Positions 54,888-64,000 of a DNA stretch of 64,000 nucleotides are shown in pieces. Below the pieces are notes generated by a model. The model made no database searches. It saw nothing but the letters and a program-made list of their open reading frames with translations, and was not told the origin of the DNA. This stretch comes from an uncultured Rhodospirillaceae bacterium. Its GTDB lineage: Bacteria > Pseudomonadota > Alphaproteobacteria > JAEULC01. The position numbers and the translations under genes are program-made. The DNA lies in the NCBI GenBank assembly GCA_964557415.1, contig CAZLBB010000007.1:9064-73063 (forward strand), read 5' to 3'. The stretch's first letter is position 1; every line of letters starts with the position of its first letter.

Positions 54888-56264
54888 CTACCACTTCTTG
54901 TAGCCGAGCTGCGTGATGAGCTGCTCGGCGCGCTGCTGCGCCTTGGTGGCCGCTTCCATCGGCGTCCTGCCGTTCTTGGTCACGTCGGTGACCATGTCGA
55001 CCAGAATGGTCGAGCCGGCGATCTCGGCGACGTAGGGCAGCTCCAGGTCGCTCCACTGCGTGATCAGCAGCGGCCGCGGGTCGTGCTTCGCGATCACCTC
55101 ATGCTGGGCGTCGACCCAGAACTTCCACTTCTGGAACTCGGGCGTCGCCTTGTACGCCGCGTCCTCGCGCAGCGACTTGGTGATCGGGAAGAAGTGCACC
55201 GGCACGGTCTGGATGTACTTCAGGTAGTTGTCCTTGCGGTGGAAGAACTTCAGGAACTTCGCCGCCTCCTCGGGATTCTTCGAATTCTTGAACACCATCC
55301 ACGGCTCGCAGTCGAACTGCGTGACGAAGGACTGCCCGGGCTTGGCCGACGGGCCCAGCGGCTTCGAGGCATAGACGCCGATGTCGCCCTTGGCGACGAC
55401 GTCGGGCGCGTACTGCTCGAAATAGCCGTTGCCGCGGCCCCAGCCCAGGATCTGCGCCGCCTTGCCGGTGGCGAGGTCGGCGAAGGTGTCGAGATACTGC
55501 CGGCTCAGCCAGTCCGGCGCGAGGCAGCAGTCGTTGAGCTGCTTCCAGAACTCCAGTACCTCGAGCACCGGCTTCTCGGTGAAGGCCGGCTTGCCCTTCT
55601 CGTCGAACAGCCGCCCGCCGTTCGAGCCGACCCACATGTAGAGGTCCTCGTTGATGAAGAAGCCGGGACCGGCCAGGCTGAGGCCGTAGCGGTCGGGCTT
55701 GCCGTCGCCGTTGGTATCGACCGTCAGCTTCTTCAGCTGCTCCAGCCACTCCTTGAACGTTGTCGGCGGCTTCTCGGCGTCGAGCCCGGCCTGCCGCATG
55801 AAGTCCTTGCGATAGACGATCAGGTCGGTCCCAACCGCATGGGCCAGCCCGTAGTACTTCTTGTCCTTCGGGTTGTAGTCGAGCTTGCGCACGACCTCAA
55901 AAATGTCGTTCTCGCCGATCGACTCGATCACGTCGTTGAGCGGCCTGAGGAAGCCCTTGGCCGACAGCGAGCGCTCGACATAGGTCTGGCCGTGCGCGAT
56001 CTCGGGGAACGCCCCCGAGGCCAGCGCTGCCTGCATCTTCTTGTCCAGGTCGCCCCAGGCGACCGCCTCCTGCTCCACCTTGACGCCCGGGTTCTCCTTC
56101 TCGAACGCCTTGATGATCTCGTCGATGGCGGCCTTCGTCTTCGGGTTGGGCTCGGTGTGCCAGACGTTGACGACCTTCTGCGCCGCCGCCGGCAAGGGCA
56201 GGGCGAGCGAGAGCGCGATCCCGGCCGCGAGCCCGAGTCGCCACAGGTCCGATTTCCACTGCAT
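54888..56264 (-). CDS. Carbohydrate ABC transporter substrate-binding protein (family 1)
   Basis: 458 aa from the ATG at 56264 (MQWKSDLWRL..., signal peptide). The upstream part of the ORF-track entry 54888..57761 is antisense to mutS. Confidence 0.8.
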   Translation of the reverse strand: MQWKSDLWRLGLAAGIALSLALPLPAAAQKVVNVWHTEPNPKTKAAIDEIIKAFEKENPGVKVEQEAVAWGDLDKKMQAALASGAFPEIAHGQTYVERSLSAKGFLRPLNDVIESIGENDIFEVVRKLDYNPKDKKYYGLAHAVGTDLIVYRKDFMRQAGLDAEKPPTTFKEWLEQLKKLTVDTNGDGKPDRYGLSLAGPGFFINEDLYMWVGSNGGRLFDEKGKPAFTEKPVLEVLEFWKQLNDCCLAPDWLSRQYLDTFADLATGKAAQILGWGRGNGYFEQYAPDVVAKGDIGVYASKPLGPSAKPGQSFVTQFDCEPWMVFKNSKNPEEAAKFLKFFHRKDNYLKYIQTVPVHFFPITKSLREDAAYKATPEFQKWKFWVDAQHEVIAKHDPRPLLITQWSDLELPYVAEIAGSTILVDMVTDVTKNGRTPMEAATKAQQRAEQLITQLGYKKW

Positions 56265-56441
56265 GGCGTGATTCCCCCTTGTTCCCCGGCGCCTGTTTCG
56301 GCCGACGACGCCCGGACGCGATGCCCGGTGTATGCGCTTACGTCGCCGCCCGCGCCGGCACGCCGCGGATTTGACCAGCGCCGAAGGGCAGGCGTCAAGG
56401 CGACTGCCGCCGCAAGGCGCGCGTGATATCGTGCCGGCCCC

Positions 56442-59207
56442 ATGGCTTCCGCGCGCTCGCACCCGCCCAGGGAAGGCGTCACGGCTCCGGCCGCCGCCGC
56501 GCCGGTTTCGGCCGCGCTGCGCACCGACGGCGCCTCGCCGGTGATGGCGCAGTATCTCGAGCTCAAGCGGCAGTACCCGGACTCGCTGCTGTTCTACCGC
56601 ATGGGCGATTTCTACGAGCTGTTCTTCGACGACGCCGCGCGCGCGGCAAAGGCGCTCGACATCGCGCTGACCAAGCGCGGCCAGCACGCCGGGCAGGACA
56701 TCCCGATGTGCGGCGTGCCGGTGCACAGCGCCGAGTCCTATCTGCTGAGGCTGATTCGCCAGGGCTTCAAGGTCGCGGTCTGCGAGCAGCTCGAGGATCC
56801 GGCCGAGGCAAGGAAGCGCGGCAGCAAGGCCGTCGTGCGCCGCGACGTGGTGCGGCTGGTCACGCCCGGCACGATCACCGAGGAGGCGCTGCTCGACGCG
56901 CGCCGGCACAACTATCTCGCCGCCCTGGCCGAGGCCGAGCGGCGCCTGGCGCTCGCCTGGCTCGACATGAGCACGGGCGGCTTCACCGTGCAGCACGTGC
57001 CGGTGGCGGCGCTGGCCGCCGCGCTGGAGCGGGTGCAGCCGGGCGAGCTTCTGCTGTCCGACCGGCTGCTGCAGCGTCCCGAGCTGTTCGAAGTCCTGGG
57101 CCAGTGGAAAGAGCGGCTGACGCCGTTGCCGGCGCCGCGCTTCGACAGCGACAACGCGCGCCGCCGGCTGCAGGCGGTCTACCAGGTCGAGGCGCTGGAT
57201 GCGTTCGGCGCGTTCGGCCGCGCCGAGCTCGCCGCCGCCGGCGCGCTGGTCGACTATGTCGAGCTGACGCAGAAGGGCCGCCTGCCGCGGCTCGAGCAGC
57301 CGCGCCTGCTCGGCGACGGCGCGATCATGGAGATCGACGCGGCGACGCGCCGTTCGCTCGAGATCGACCGCTCGATCACGACCGGCGACCGGCGCGGCAG
57401 CCTGATCGGCGCGATCGACCGCACCGTCACCGGCGCGGGCGCGCGGCTGCTGCTGGCGCGCCTGTCGGCGCCGCTGACCGATCCGCGCGCGATCGCGAGC
57501 CGCCTCGACGTGATCGGCTGGTTCGTCGACGACGCCGAGGCGCGCGCGGCGGCGCGCACGGCGCTCGGCGGTGCGCCCGACATCGAGCGCGCGCAGACCA
57601 GGCTCCTGCTCGGCCGCGGCGGCCCGCGCGATCTCGCCGCTATCCGCGACGGGCTCGCCGCCGCCGGCGCGCTCAAGGCCGCGCTCGAGGCGCGCCAGGC
57701 CGACCCGCTGGCCCGGACGCCGGAAGAGCTCGCGGCGGCGCTCGCCGATCTCGGCCACCACGAGGTGCTGGTCGAGCGCCTGCGGCGCGCGCTGGCGCCG
57801 GACCTGCCGCTAATCGCGCGCGATGGCGGCTTCGTCGCCGAGGCCTACCTGCCCGAGCTGGACGAGCAGCGCGCGCTGCGCGACGAAAGCCGGCGCCTGA
57901 TCGCCGAGCTGCAGCAGCGCTATGCGGCCGAGACCGGCATCGCGTCGCTCAAGATCCGCCACAACAACGTGCTCGGCTACTACATCGAGGCCTCGGCCGC
58001 GCAGGCCGACAAGCTGACCAAGGGCGAGCATGCCCGGCGCTTCATCCATCGCCAGACCATGGCCGGCGCGATGCGCTTCTCCACGGTCGAGCTGGGCGAG
58101 CTCGAGCACCGCATCGCCGCGGCCGCCGACAAGGCGCTGGCGCTGGAGCTGCGCCTGTTCGACGACCTCGTCGGCGAGATCCGCGCGCGGGCCGACGCCA
58201 TCGCGCGCGCCGCCGCGGGGCTTGCGGCGCTCGACGTCGCCGCGTCGCTCGCCGAGCTCGCGGTCGAACGGCGCTATTGCCGGCCCGTGGTCGACGACAG
58301 CGCCGTCTTCGCCGTGCGCGGCGGGCGCCACGCCGTGGTCGAGCAGTCGCTGCCCGGGGGCGAACGCTTCATCGCCAACGAATGCGACCTGTCGCCCGGC
58401 CGGCGCCTGTGGCTGGTGACCGGCCCGAACATGGCGGGCAAGAGCACCTTCCTGCGGCAGAACGCGCTGATCGCGATCCTGGCGCAGGCCGGCTCCTACG
58501 TGCCGGCCGAGGAATGCCGGATCGGCGTGGTCGACCGCCTGTTCAGCCGTGTCGGCGCCTCGGACGACCTCGCGCGCGGCCGCTCGACCTTCATGGTCGA
58601 GATGGTCGAGACCGCGGCGATCCTCAACCTCGCCGGCCCGCGCGCGCTGGTGATCCTCGACGAGATCGGGCGCGGCACGGCGACCTTCGACGGGCTGTCG
58701 ATCGCCTGGGCCTGCGTCGAGCACCTGCACGAGGTCAACAAGTGCCGCGCGCTGTTCGCGACGCACTACCACGAGCTGGTGGCGCTGACCGGCCGCCTGC
58801 CCGACCTCGCTTCCTACACGATGCGGGTCAAGGAATGGCAGGGCGACGTGGTGTTCCTGCACGAGGTTGCGCCGGGCGCGGCCGACCGCTCCTACGGCAT
58901 CCATGTCGCGCGCCTCGCCGGCCTGCCGGCCGCCGCGGTCAAGCGCGCGGAGGAAGTGCTGGCGCGGCTCGAGGCCGGCGAGCAGAGCGGCGTGGTGACC
59001 GAGCTTGCGACCGACCTGCCCCTGTTCGCCGCCGTCGCCAGGCGCACCGGCCCAAACGGATCGAAGGGGGCGAACGAGGAGCGCGGCGCCGGCCCGTCGC
59101 CGCTCGAAACCGCGCTCGCGGCGCTCAACCCCGACGAGCTCGCCCCGCGCGAGGCGCTCGACGCGCTCTATCGCCTGCGCGCCCTGCTGCCGCCGGAAAA
59201 GGGGTGA
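56442..59207 (+). CDS. mutS: DNA mismatch repair protein MutS
   Basis: 921 aa. N-terminal mismatch-binding motif ([27 protein letters not shown]), Walker A (GPNMAGKST) and a C-terminal HTH. The start is uncertain within the first ~35 codons. Confidence 0.9.
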   Translation: MASARSHPPREGVTAPAAAAPVSAALRTDGASPVMAQYLELKRQYPDSLLFYRMGDFYELFFDDAARAAKALDIALTKRGQHAGQDIPMCGVPVHSAESYLLRLIRQGFKVAVCEQLEDPAEARKRGSKAVVRRDVVRLVTPGTITEEALLDARRHNYLAALAEAERRLALAWLDMSTGGFTVQHVPVAALAAALERVQPGELLLSDRLLQRPELFEVLGQWKERLTPLPAPRFDSDNARRRLQAVYQVEALDAFGAFGRAELAAAGALVDYVELTQKGRLPRLEQPRLLGDGAIMEIDAATRRSLEIDRSITTGDRRGSLIGAIDRTVTGAGARLLLARLSAPLTDPRAIASRLDVIGWFVDDAEARAAARTALGGAPDIERAQTRLLLGRGGPRDLAAIRDGLAAAGALKAALEARQADPLARTPEELAAALADLGHHEVLVERLRRALAPDLPLIARDGGFVAEAYLPELDEQRALRDESRRLIAELQQRYAAETGIASLKIRHNNVLGYYIEASAAQADKLTKGEHARRFIHRQTMAGAMRFSTVELGELEHRIAAAADKALALELRLFDDLVGEIRARADAIARAAAGLAALDVAASLAELAVERRYCRPVVDDSAVFAVRGGRHAVVEQSLPGGERFIANECDLSPGRRLWLVTGPNMAGKSTFLRQNALIAILAQAGSYVPAEECRIGVVDRLFSRVGASDDLARGRSTFMVEMVETAAILNLAGPRALVILDEIGRGTATFDGLSIAWACVEHLHEVNKCRALFATHYHELVALTGRLPDLASYTMRVKEWQGDVVFLHEVAPGAADRSYGIHVARLAGLPAAAVKRAEEVLARLEAGEQSGVVTELATDLPLFAAVARRTGPNGSKGANEERGAGPSPLETALAALNPDELAPREALDALYRLRALLPPEKG

Positions 59208-60172
59208 TGCGCGCGCGTCTTCTGGTTGCCTGCGTCGTCTGGTTCGCCGCCGCCGCCGCCGTGGCCGAGCCGGTCCGGCTCCACGCCGTGCCGGTCGAGC
59301 TCGTGCCCGGCCGGTCCGACCTGCGGCAGGTCGGCCGGCTCCAATGGCGCGGCGGCCTGCACCTGACGAGTCCGGACCGCCGCTTCGGCGGCTACTCGGG
59401 GCTGGAGCGCCTGCCCGACGGGCGGCTCGTCGCGGTGTCCGATCTCGGGCATTGGCTGGTGTTCCGCCCCGTCTTCGACATGGACGGGCTTCTGGTCGCC
59501 GCCATCGACGGCGAGATCGAGCCGCTGAAGGACGAGGCCGGGCGCCCGTTCCGGCGCAAGCTCCAGGCCGATGCCGAAAGCCTGCGCCGCGACCGCGACG
59601 GCGCCTTCCTGATCGGCTTCGAGCGCGACCATCGCCTGCTGCGCTACGCCGCGCCCGGCGCGCCCGGCAAGCGGGTGGACACGCCGGCCGAGCTTGCCTC
59701 GCAGCCTGGCAACGGCGGCATCGAGTCGATCGCGGTATGGCCCGACGGGCGCGTCCTCCTGATCAGCGAGTTGGCGCGCACCGATGACGGCGACCTCAAG
59801 GCCTGGCTGCGCGCGCGCGGCCAATGGCACGATCTCGCCTACGCCATCTCGGGCGAGCACCAGCCGACCGACGCCGTGGTGCTGCCGTCGGGCGATCTGC
59901 TGGTGCTCGAACGCCGCTACGGCCTGTTCGCCTCGCAGGGCGCGCGCGTCATCCGCGTTCCCGCCCAGCGCGTCGTCCCCGGCGGCCGGCTCTACGGCGA
60001 GGTGCTGGCCGACTGGGACGCATCGATGACCGTCGACAACATGGAAGCGATGGCGATCGGCCGCGGTCCGCGCGACAGCCCCGACGCAGGCGCCGTGCTG
60101 CTGTGGCTGATGTCCGACGACAACAAGAATCCCCTGCAGCGCACGCTCCTGATGCTGTTCCGTGTCGAATAG
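59207..60172 (+). CDS. Secreted phytase-like/esterase-like beta-propeller protein (PF13449-type)
   Basis: The ATG at 59207 overlaps the mutS stop (GTGATG). Signal peptide (LLVACVVWFAAAAAVA). Repeated Dxx-GxxL-type blades (GYSGLERLPDGRLVAVSD). The ORF-track entry 56423..60172 is a read-through artefact. Confidence 0.65.
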   Translation: MRARLLVACVVWFAAAAAVAEPVRLHAVPVELVPGRSDLRQVGRLQWRGGLHLTSPDRRFGGYSGLERLPDGRLVAVSDLGHWLVFRPVFDMDGLLVAAIDGEIEPLKDEAGRPFRRKLQADAESLRRDRDGAFLIGFERDHRLLRYAAPGAPGKRVDTPAELASQPGNGGIESIAVWPDGRVLLISELARTDDGDLKAWLRARGQWHDLAYAISGEHQPTDAVVLPSGDLLVLERRYGLFASQGARVIRVPAQRVVPGGRLYGEVLADWDASMTVDNMEAMAIGRGPRDSPDAGAVLLWLMSDDNKNPLQRTLLMLFRVE

Positions 60173-60185
60173 GGCGGGTAAGGCG

Positions 60186-60232
60186 CCGGACGCCACAGCG
60201 TTCGCGTCCGGAAGAGCGCCCGGGCAGCGCTC
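60186..60232. terminator. Two adjacent GC-rich hairpins between convergent genes (CCGGACGC-N10-GCGTCCGG and GAGCGC-N7-GCGCTC)
   Basis: Seen directly in the sequence. No U-tract, so this may be a bidirectional terminator or an RNA-processing structure. Confidence 0.35.
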
Positions 60233-60293
60233 TGGTGCGCTGAACGGCCCCGGAACCGCCGCGCGATCCGGCCGCTTGAGCCGGCCGTTGTGC

Positions 60294-61559
60294 TCAAGTG
60301 CCGGCTCGCGCCAGGGCGTCGATTGCGGCCGCGCCGGCGGCGGTCAGGATCACGACGAGCCAGGGCGGCCATTTCCACAACGCGAGGAGCGCGAACGCGG
60401 TGAGCGCCAGGGCGAAGTCGGCCGGCGCCTTGATCGCGCTGGTCCACACCGGATTGTAGAGCGCCGCGAGCAGCAGCCCGACTACGGCCGCGTTGACGCC
60501 CATCAGGGCCGAGCGTACCGGACGCACGCGGCGCAGATCGTCCCAGAACGGCAGCGCGCCGAGGGTCAAGAGGAAGGACGGCAGGAAGATCGCCGCCAGG
60601 CACAGGACCGCGCCCGCCCAGCCGTTGGGCGGCGGTGTCATCACGGTCCCGAGATAGCCCGCAAAGGTGAAAAGGGGACCGGGCACGGCCTGGGCGGCGC
60701 CGTAGCCGGCAAGGAACGTGTCGTTCGTGACCCAGCCCGGCTGCACGACCTCGGATTGCAGCAGCGGCAGCACCACGTGTCCGCCGCCGAACACGAGCGA
60801 GCCGGTGCGGTAGAAACTGTCGAGCAGCGCCAGCGACTGGCTCGGGAAGGCTGCCGCGAGAGCCGGCAGGCCGAGCAGCAGAGCGAAGAACAGGAACAGT
60901 GCCACCGCACCGGTCGTCCGCGAGACGCCGGCATGCATCGGCTCATGCGCTCCCTCGCGCGTGTCCTTGAGGAACAGCAGGCCGAAGAGCCCGCCGCCGG
61001 CGATCGCGCCGATCTGGCCGAGCGAGGTCGGCCAAAGCGAGAAGGCCCAGGCCGCCGCAACGGCGACGCTCGCGCGGGTCGCGTCGGGACAGAGGTTGCG
61101 GGCCATGCCCCACACCGCAAGGGCGACGACGGCGACCGCCACCACCTTCAAGCCGTGCAGGAGGCCCGCATCGAGCAAGTCGTGATAGGCGCCGACGCCA
61201 TAGGCGAACAGGACGAGCGCCAGCGCCGAGGGCAGCGTGAAGGCAAGCCACGAGGCGATGCCGCCCGGCAGCCCGCCCATCATGAGGCCGATGCCGATTC
61301 CGACCTTGCTGCTGGCGGCGCCAGGCGTGAACTGGCACAGCGCCACCAGGTCGGCGTAGCTTTGGTCGTCGAGCCACTTGCGGCGGTTGACGATCTCGTC
61401 GCGGAAATATCCCAGGTGCGCGATCGGCCCACCGAAGGAGGTCAGTCCAAGGCGCAGGAATACCAGGAAGATCTCGCCGATGGAGCGGTGCCGAGCGTGA
61501 CGCGCATGCGGTTGCGCCGTCGCGCCGACCTTGTGTGGGCGCTGATCCATCGTTGTCAC
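60294..61559 (-). CDS. chrA: Chromate ion transporter ChrA, second paralog
   Basis: 421 aa. The translation LRLGLTSFGGPIAHLGYFRDEIVNRRKWL ... LVFGGGHVVLPLL ... VPGPLFTFAGYLG gives the tandem CHR domains. Confidence 0.8.
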   Translation of the reverse strand: MTTMDQRPHKVGATAQPHARHARHRSIGEIFLVFLRLGLTSFGGPIAHLGYFRDEIVNRRKWLDDQSYADLVALCQFTPGAASSKVGIGIGLMMGGLPGGIASWLAFTLPSALALVLFAYGVGAYHDLLDAGLLHGLKVVAVAVVALAVWGMARNLCPDATRASVAVAAAWAFSLWPTSLGQIGAIAGGGLFGLLFLKDTREGAHEPMHAGVSRTTGAVALFLFFALLLGLPALAAAFPSQSLALLDSFYRTGSLVFGGGHVVLPLLQSEVVQPGWVTNDTFLAGYGAAQAVPGPLFTFAGYLGTVMTPPPNGWAGAVLCLAAIFLPSFLLTLGALPFWDDLRRVRPVRSALMGVNAAVVGLLLAALYNPVWTSAIKAPADFALALTAFALLALWKWPPWLVVILTAAGAAAIDALARAGT

Positions 61560-61661
61560 CGGTCAGGATGACGTTTCCAATCGGCTATCGATATCGATTT
61601 ACGATATACTGTGCAACAGCTATCGGCTGAGTGGTTCCACGCACCTTGGAAGGCGGCGCAG

Positions 61662-62447
61662 ATGGAGTACGCCGTTATTGCCGCGACGGCCCTGCTGGTA
61701 TCGGGCGTGACGCTGTTTTCCGGCTTCGGGCTCGGCACGGTGCTGATGCCGGCCTTTGCGTTGTTCTTCCCCGTGCCGGTCGCGATCGCGGCGACGGCGG
61801 TGGTGCATCTCGCCAACAACCTGTTCAAGGTCGGCCTCGTCGGCCGCCATGCGGATTGGCGCGTCGTGCTGCGCTTTGGCCTGCCGGCGGCCTGTGCGGC
61901 GATTGTTGGCGCGCGGCTCCTGGCGGCATTTGCCGGCCTGCCACCGCTGACCACCTTTCAGCTGGCGGGCGCCGAGCGCGAAATCTCGCCACTGAAGCTG
62001 ACCGTCGGATTGCTGATCGTCGCCTTCGCATGGCTGGAGCTCTCGTCGCGCCTGGAACAGCTCGCCATCCCGCCGCGCCTGCTGGTCCTGGGCGGGCTGA
62101 TCTCGGGCTTTTTCGGCGGGCTGACCGGCAACCAGGGCGCCTTTCGCACGGCCTTCCTGGTCAAGGCAGGTCTCTCGAAGGACGCGTTCGTAGGAACCGG
62201 GGTCGTATCGTCGGTCATCGTCGATACGGTGAGGCTCACGGTCTACGGCCTCTCCTTCTATACGGCGCAATTCGCCGTGCTCGACCGGGACGTGATAGCG
62301 GCGGTCGCGGTTGCCACGGTGGCTGCCTTCGCAGGTGCGTGGCTCGGGGCGCGCTTGCTGCGGAAGGTGACGTTGCGCTCGGTGCAGATCATCGTGGCCG
62401 CGATGATGATCGCGTTCGGCTTCGCGCTGGCGGCGGGCATCGCGTAG
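61662..62447 (+). CDS. TauE/SafE-family (DUF81) anion exporter membrane protein
   Basis: 261 aa from the ATG at 61662, about 8 TM, with the conserved paired G-rich helices (LFSGFGLGTVLMP; GGLISGFFGGLTGNQGAF). Confidence 0.75.
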   Translation: MEYAVIAATALLVSGVTLFSGFGLGTVLMPAFALFFPVPVAIAATAVVHLANNLFKVGLVGRHADWRVVLRFGLPAACAAIVGARLLAAFAGLPPLTTFQLAGAEREISPLKLTVGLLIVAFAWLELSSRLEQLAIPPRLLVLGGLISGFFGGLTGNQGAFRTAFLVKAGLSKDAFVGTGVVSSVIVDTVRLTVYGLSFYTAQFAVLDRDVIAAVAVATVAAFAGAWLGARLLRKVTLRSVQIIVAAMMIAFGFALAAGIA

Positions 62448-62449
62448 CT

Positions 62450-62788
62450 TCAGTCGTCCTCGAACAGCTCCCCGAACAGCTCGCGGACCTTCTCCTTGGC
62501 CTCTGCCAGCGCGCGCCTTCCGGCCGGAGTTGCGCGGTAGAGCCGCCGCGCGCTGCGCCCCTGGCGTTCATGGCGCGAGCGCAGATAGCCGCGCGTCTCC
62601 AGGCCGTGCAGCAGCGGGTAGAGCGTACCCGCGCTGAGCCTGTAGCCGTGCCGCGCCAGCTCTTCCATGATTCCGGTGCCAAAGATCGGCTCGCGCGCGG
62701 CGTGATGCAGGATGTGCAGGCGGATGAGCCCCGAATAGAGCTGGTTGTGGCTGGCGCCCTTCCGGCCGGAATCGATGCGGTTGCGCAT
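62450..62788 (-). CDS. PadR-family transcriptional regulator
   Basis: 112 aa. The translation GLIRLHILHHAAREPIFGTGIMEELARHGYRLSAGTLYPLLHGLE is the PadR winged-HTH signature. Confidence 0.8.
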   Translation of the reverse strand: MRNRIDSGRKGASHNQLYSGLIRLHILHHAAREPIFGTGIMEELARHGYRLSAGTLYPLLHGLETRGYLRSRHERQGRSARRLYRATPAGRRALAEAKEKVRELFGELFEDD

Positions 62789-62959
62789 GGGCTTGAAATC
62801 GACGAAACGATCGCGAAACGCCGATCATGTCACAGGTCGGGGCGCGTCCACCAGCCTCGGGCGCGGACTCGGCGGCTGTCGCTTACCCTGTCCCCGCGTG
62901 ACAGGCGGCCGGCGGTCGCGTAATCCTCTGCGCCCCGCTTTCCGCCGGAGCCCGCGACC

Positions 62960-64000
62960 ATGACCGCATCCGCCAAGTCCCGCCCGCGCATCACCGCCAT
63001 CACCGCCTGGCGCGTCGAGCTGCCGCTGCACGAGGGCAGCTACAAATGGTCGGGCGGCAACCAGGTGACGGTGTTCGACAGCACCGTGGTCGCTGTCGAA
63101 ACCGACGCGGGCGTGACCGGCTATGGCGAGATCTGCCCGCTCGGTCCCGCCTACCTGCCGGCCTATGCCGCGGGCGCGCGGGCCGGCATCAAGGAGCTGG
63201 CGCCGGCGCTGATCGGCCAGGACCCGACCGGATTGGGCGCGCTCAACCGCCGCATGGACCAGGCGATGCGCGGCCATCCCTACGTCAAGTCGGCGCTCGA
63301 CATGGCGTGCTGGGACATCACCGGCAAGCTCGCCGGCCTGCCGGTCGCTACCCTGCTCGGCGGTGCAAACGGCGACTCGTTCCGGCTCTATCGCGCCATC
63401 TCGCAGGAAAGCCCGAAGCAGATGGCAAGCCGCGTCGGCGACTACCGCAAGGAGGGCTACTCGAAGTTCCAGCTCAAGGTCGGCGGCGACCCGGACACCG
63501 ATATCGAGCGCATCAAGGCCTGCGCGGAGAATCTGAAAGCCGGCGACGTGCTGGTCGCCGACGCCAATACGGGCTGGCTGATGCACCAGGCGACGCGCGT
63601 GGTCGACGCGGTCAAGGACGTCGACGTCTATATCGAGCAGCCCTGTCCCTCTTACGAGGAATGCCGCGCGATCCGCGAGCGCACGCAACGCCCGTTCATC
63701 CTCGACGAGGTGATCGACGGCGTGGGGATGGTGCTGCGCGCTGCGCAGGACCGCGCCGCCGACGTCGTCAACCTGAAGATCTCCAAGGTCGGCGGCCTCA
63801 CCAAGGCGCGACAGATCCGCGACCTCTGCCAGTCGCTCGGCCTCGCCATGATCATCGAGGACACCTGGGGCGGCGACATCGTCACGGCGGCGATCGCGCA
63901 TCTGGCGCATTCGACGGCGCCGGAATTCCTGTTCGCGGCGACCGACTTCAACAGCTACGTCACCAAGCCGATCGCCATCGGCGCGCCCAAGCGGCGCGAA
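62960..64000 (+). CDS. Enolase-superfamily enzyme (mandelate racemase/muconate-lactonising-enzyme family), 3-prime partial at the window edge
   Basis: Not in the ORF track, since there is no stop inside the window. The open frame runs from the ATG at 62960. Has the MR/MLE capping domain plus barrel motifs (KFQLKVGG ... DANTGW ... IEQP ... ILDE ... KISKVGG). Confidence 0.75.
   Translation, partial: MTASAKSRPRITAITAWRVELPLHEGSYKWSGGNQVTVFDSTVVAVETDAGVTGYGEICPLGPAYLPAYAAGARAGIKELAPALIGQDPTGLGALNRRMDQAMRGHPYVKSALDMACWDITGKLAGLPVATLLGGANGDSFRLYRAISQESPKQMASRVGDYRKEGYSKFQLKVGGDPDTDIERIKACAENLKAGDVLVADANTGWLMHQATRVVDAVKDVDVYIEQPCPSYEECRAIRERTQRPFILDEVIDGVGMVLRAAQDRAADVVNLKISKVGGLTKARQIRDLCQSLGLAMIIEDTWGGDIVTAAIAHLAHSTAPEFLFAATDFNSYVTKPIAIGAPKRRE

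Noticed and set aside
62789-62959. PadR operator between padR and the enolase-superfamily gene (GTCACAGG / GTGACAGG repeats ~70 bp apart)
   Set aside because: There are only two imperfect 8-mers and no clear inverted-repeat geometry. Too weak to call without comparative data.
1-64000. tRNA, rRNA, tmRNA, RNase P RNA and CRISPR arrays
   Set aside because: No GGTTCGA(A/T)TCC-type T-loop contexts were found. No conserved rRNA or RNase P blocks. No alpha-type tmRNA tag-peptide reading frame. No regularly spaced direct repeats were found. The only structured repeats are the hairpins listed as features.

Overview
This is a densely coding, high-GC (roughly 65-70%) segment that looks alphaproteobacterial. 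The evidence for that is the hrcA-grpE pair, the HWE-type histidine kinase, DUF1127 mini-proteins, a CycM-like anchored cytochrome c and alpha-type RBS/ATGA gene overlaps. All calls below come from reading the six-frame translations and the DNA directly; no database search was run.

Housekeeping blocks:
- hrcA-grpE, on the minus strand.
- rph-rdgB-hemW, translationally coupled, with a large nested hairpin sitting over the hemW RBS.
- A divergent LpoA/YraM-like lipoprotein <-> rsmI-yraN-BON lipoprotein block that mirrors the E. coli yraL-yraM-yraN-yraP neighbourhood.
- gshB, comM, kdsB-pheA, nudC, maeB and mutS.

Accessory material:
- A small islet 3-prime of comM (LysR regulator, M24 peptidase, atypical aminotransferase). 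It is closed by a diverged ~96 bp internal copy of the comM 3-prime region and a ~105 bp IS256-family transposase relic, then a membrane class-III adenylate cyclase.
- A NapC/NirT tetrahaem cytochrome plus an unassigned 439-aa dihaem c-type cytochrome, followed by about 650 bp of lower-GC non-coding DNA.
- A secreted NucA/Serratia-family (DRGH) endonuclease, ATGA-coupled to a 4-TM membrane protein, with a divergent 68-aa gene.
- An HWE kinase with a single-domain receiver.
- A macro-domain deacetylase directly upstream of a Pat-like (acyl-CoA synthetase + GNAT) acetyltransferase.
- A chromate-resistance-like cluster: chrB, two tandem DUF1127 mini-genes (one below the ORF-track cutoff), a SOD-like/rhodanese fusion, a ChrB-C domain protein and chrA. 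A second chrA sits next to a TauE/SafE exporter.
- A TRAP transporter plus amidase operon and a sugar ABC importer that lacks an ATPase gene.

No rRNA, tRNA or CRISPR array was recognised. Many long ORFs in the track are antisense or read-through artefacts of the high GC and were rejected.
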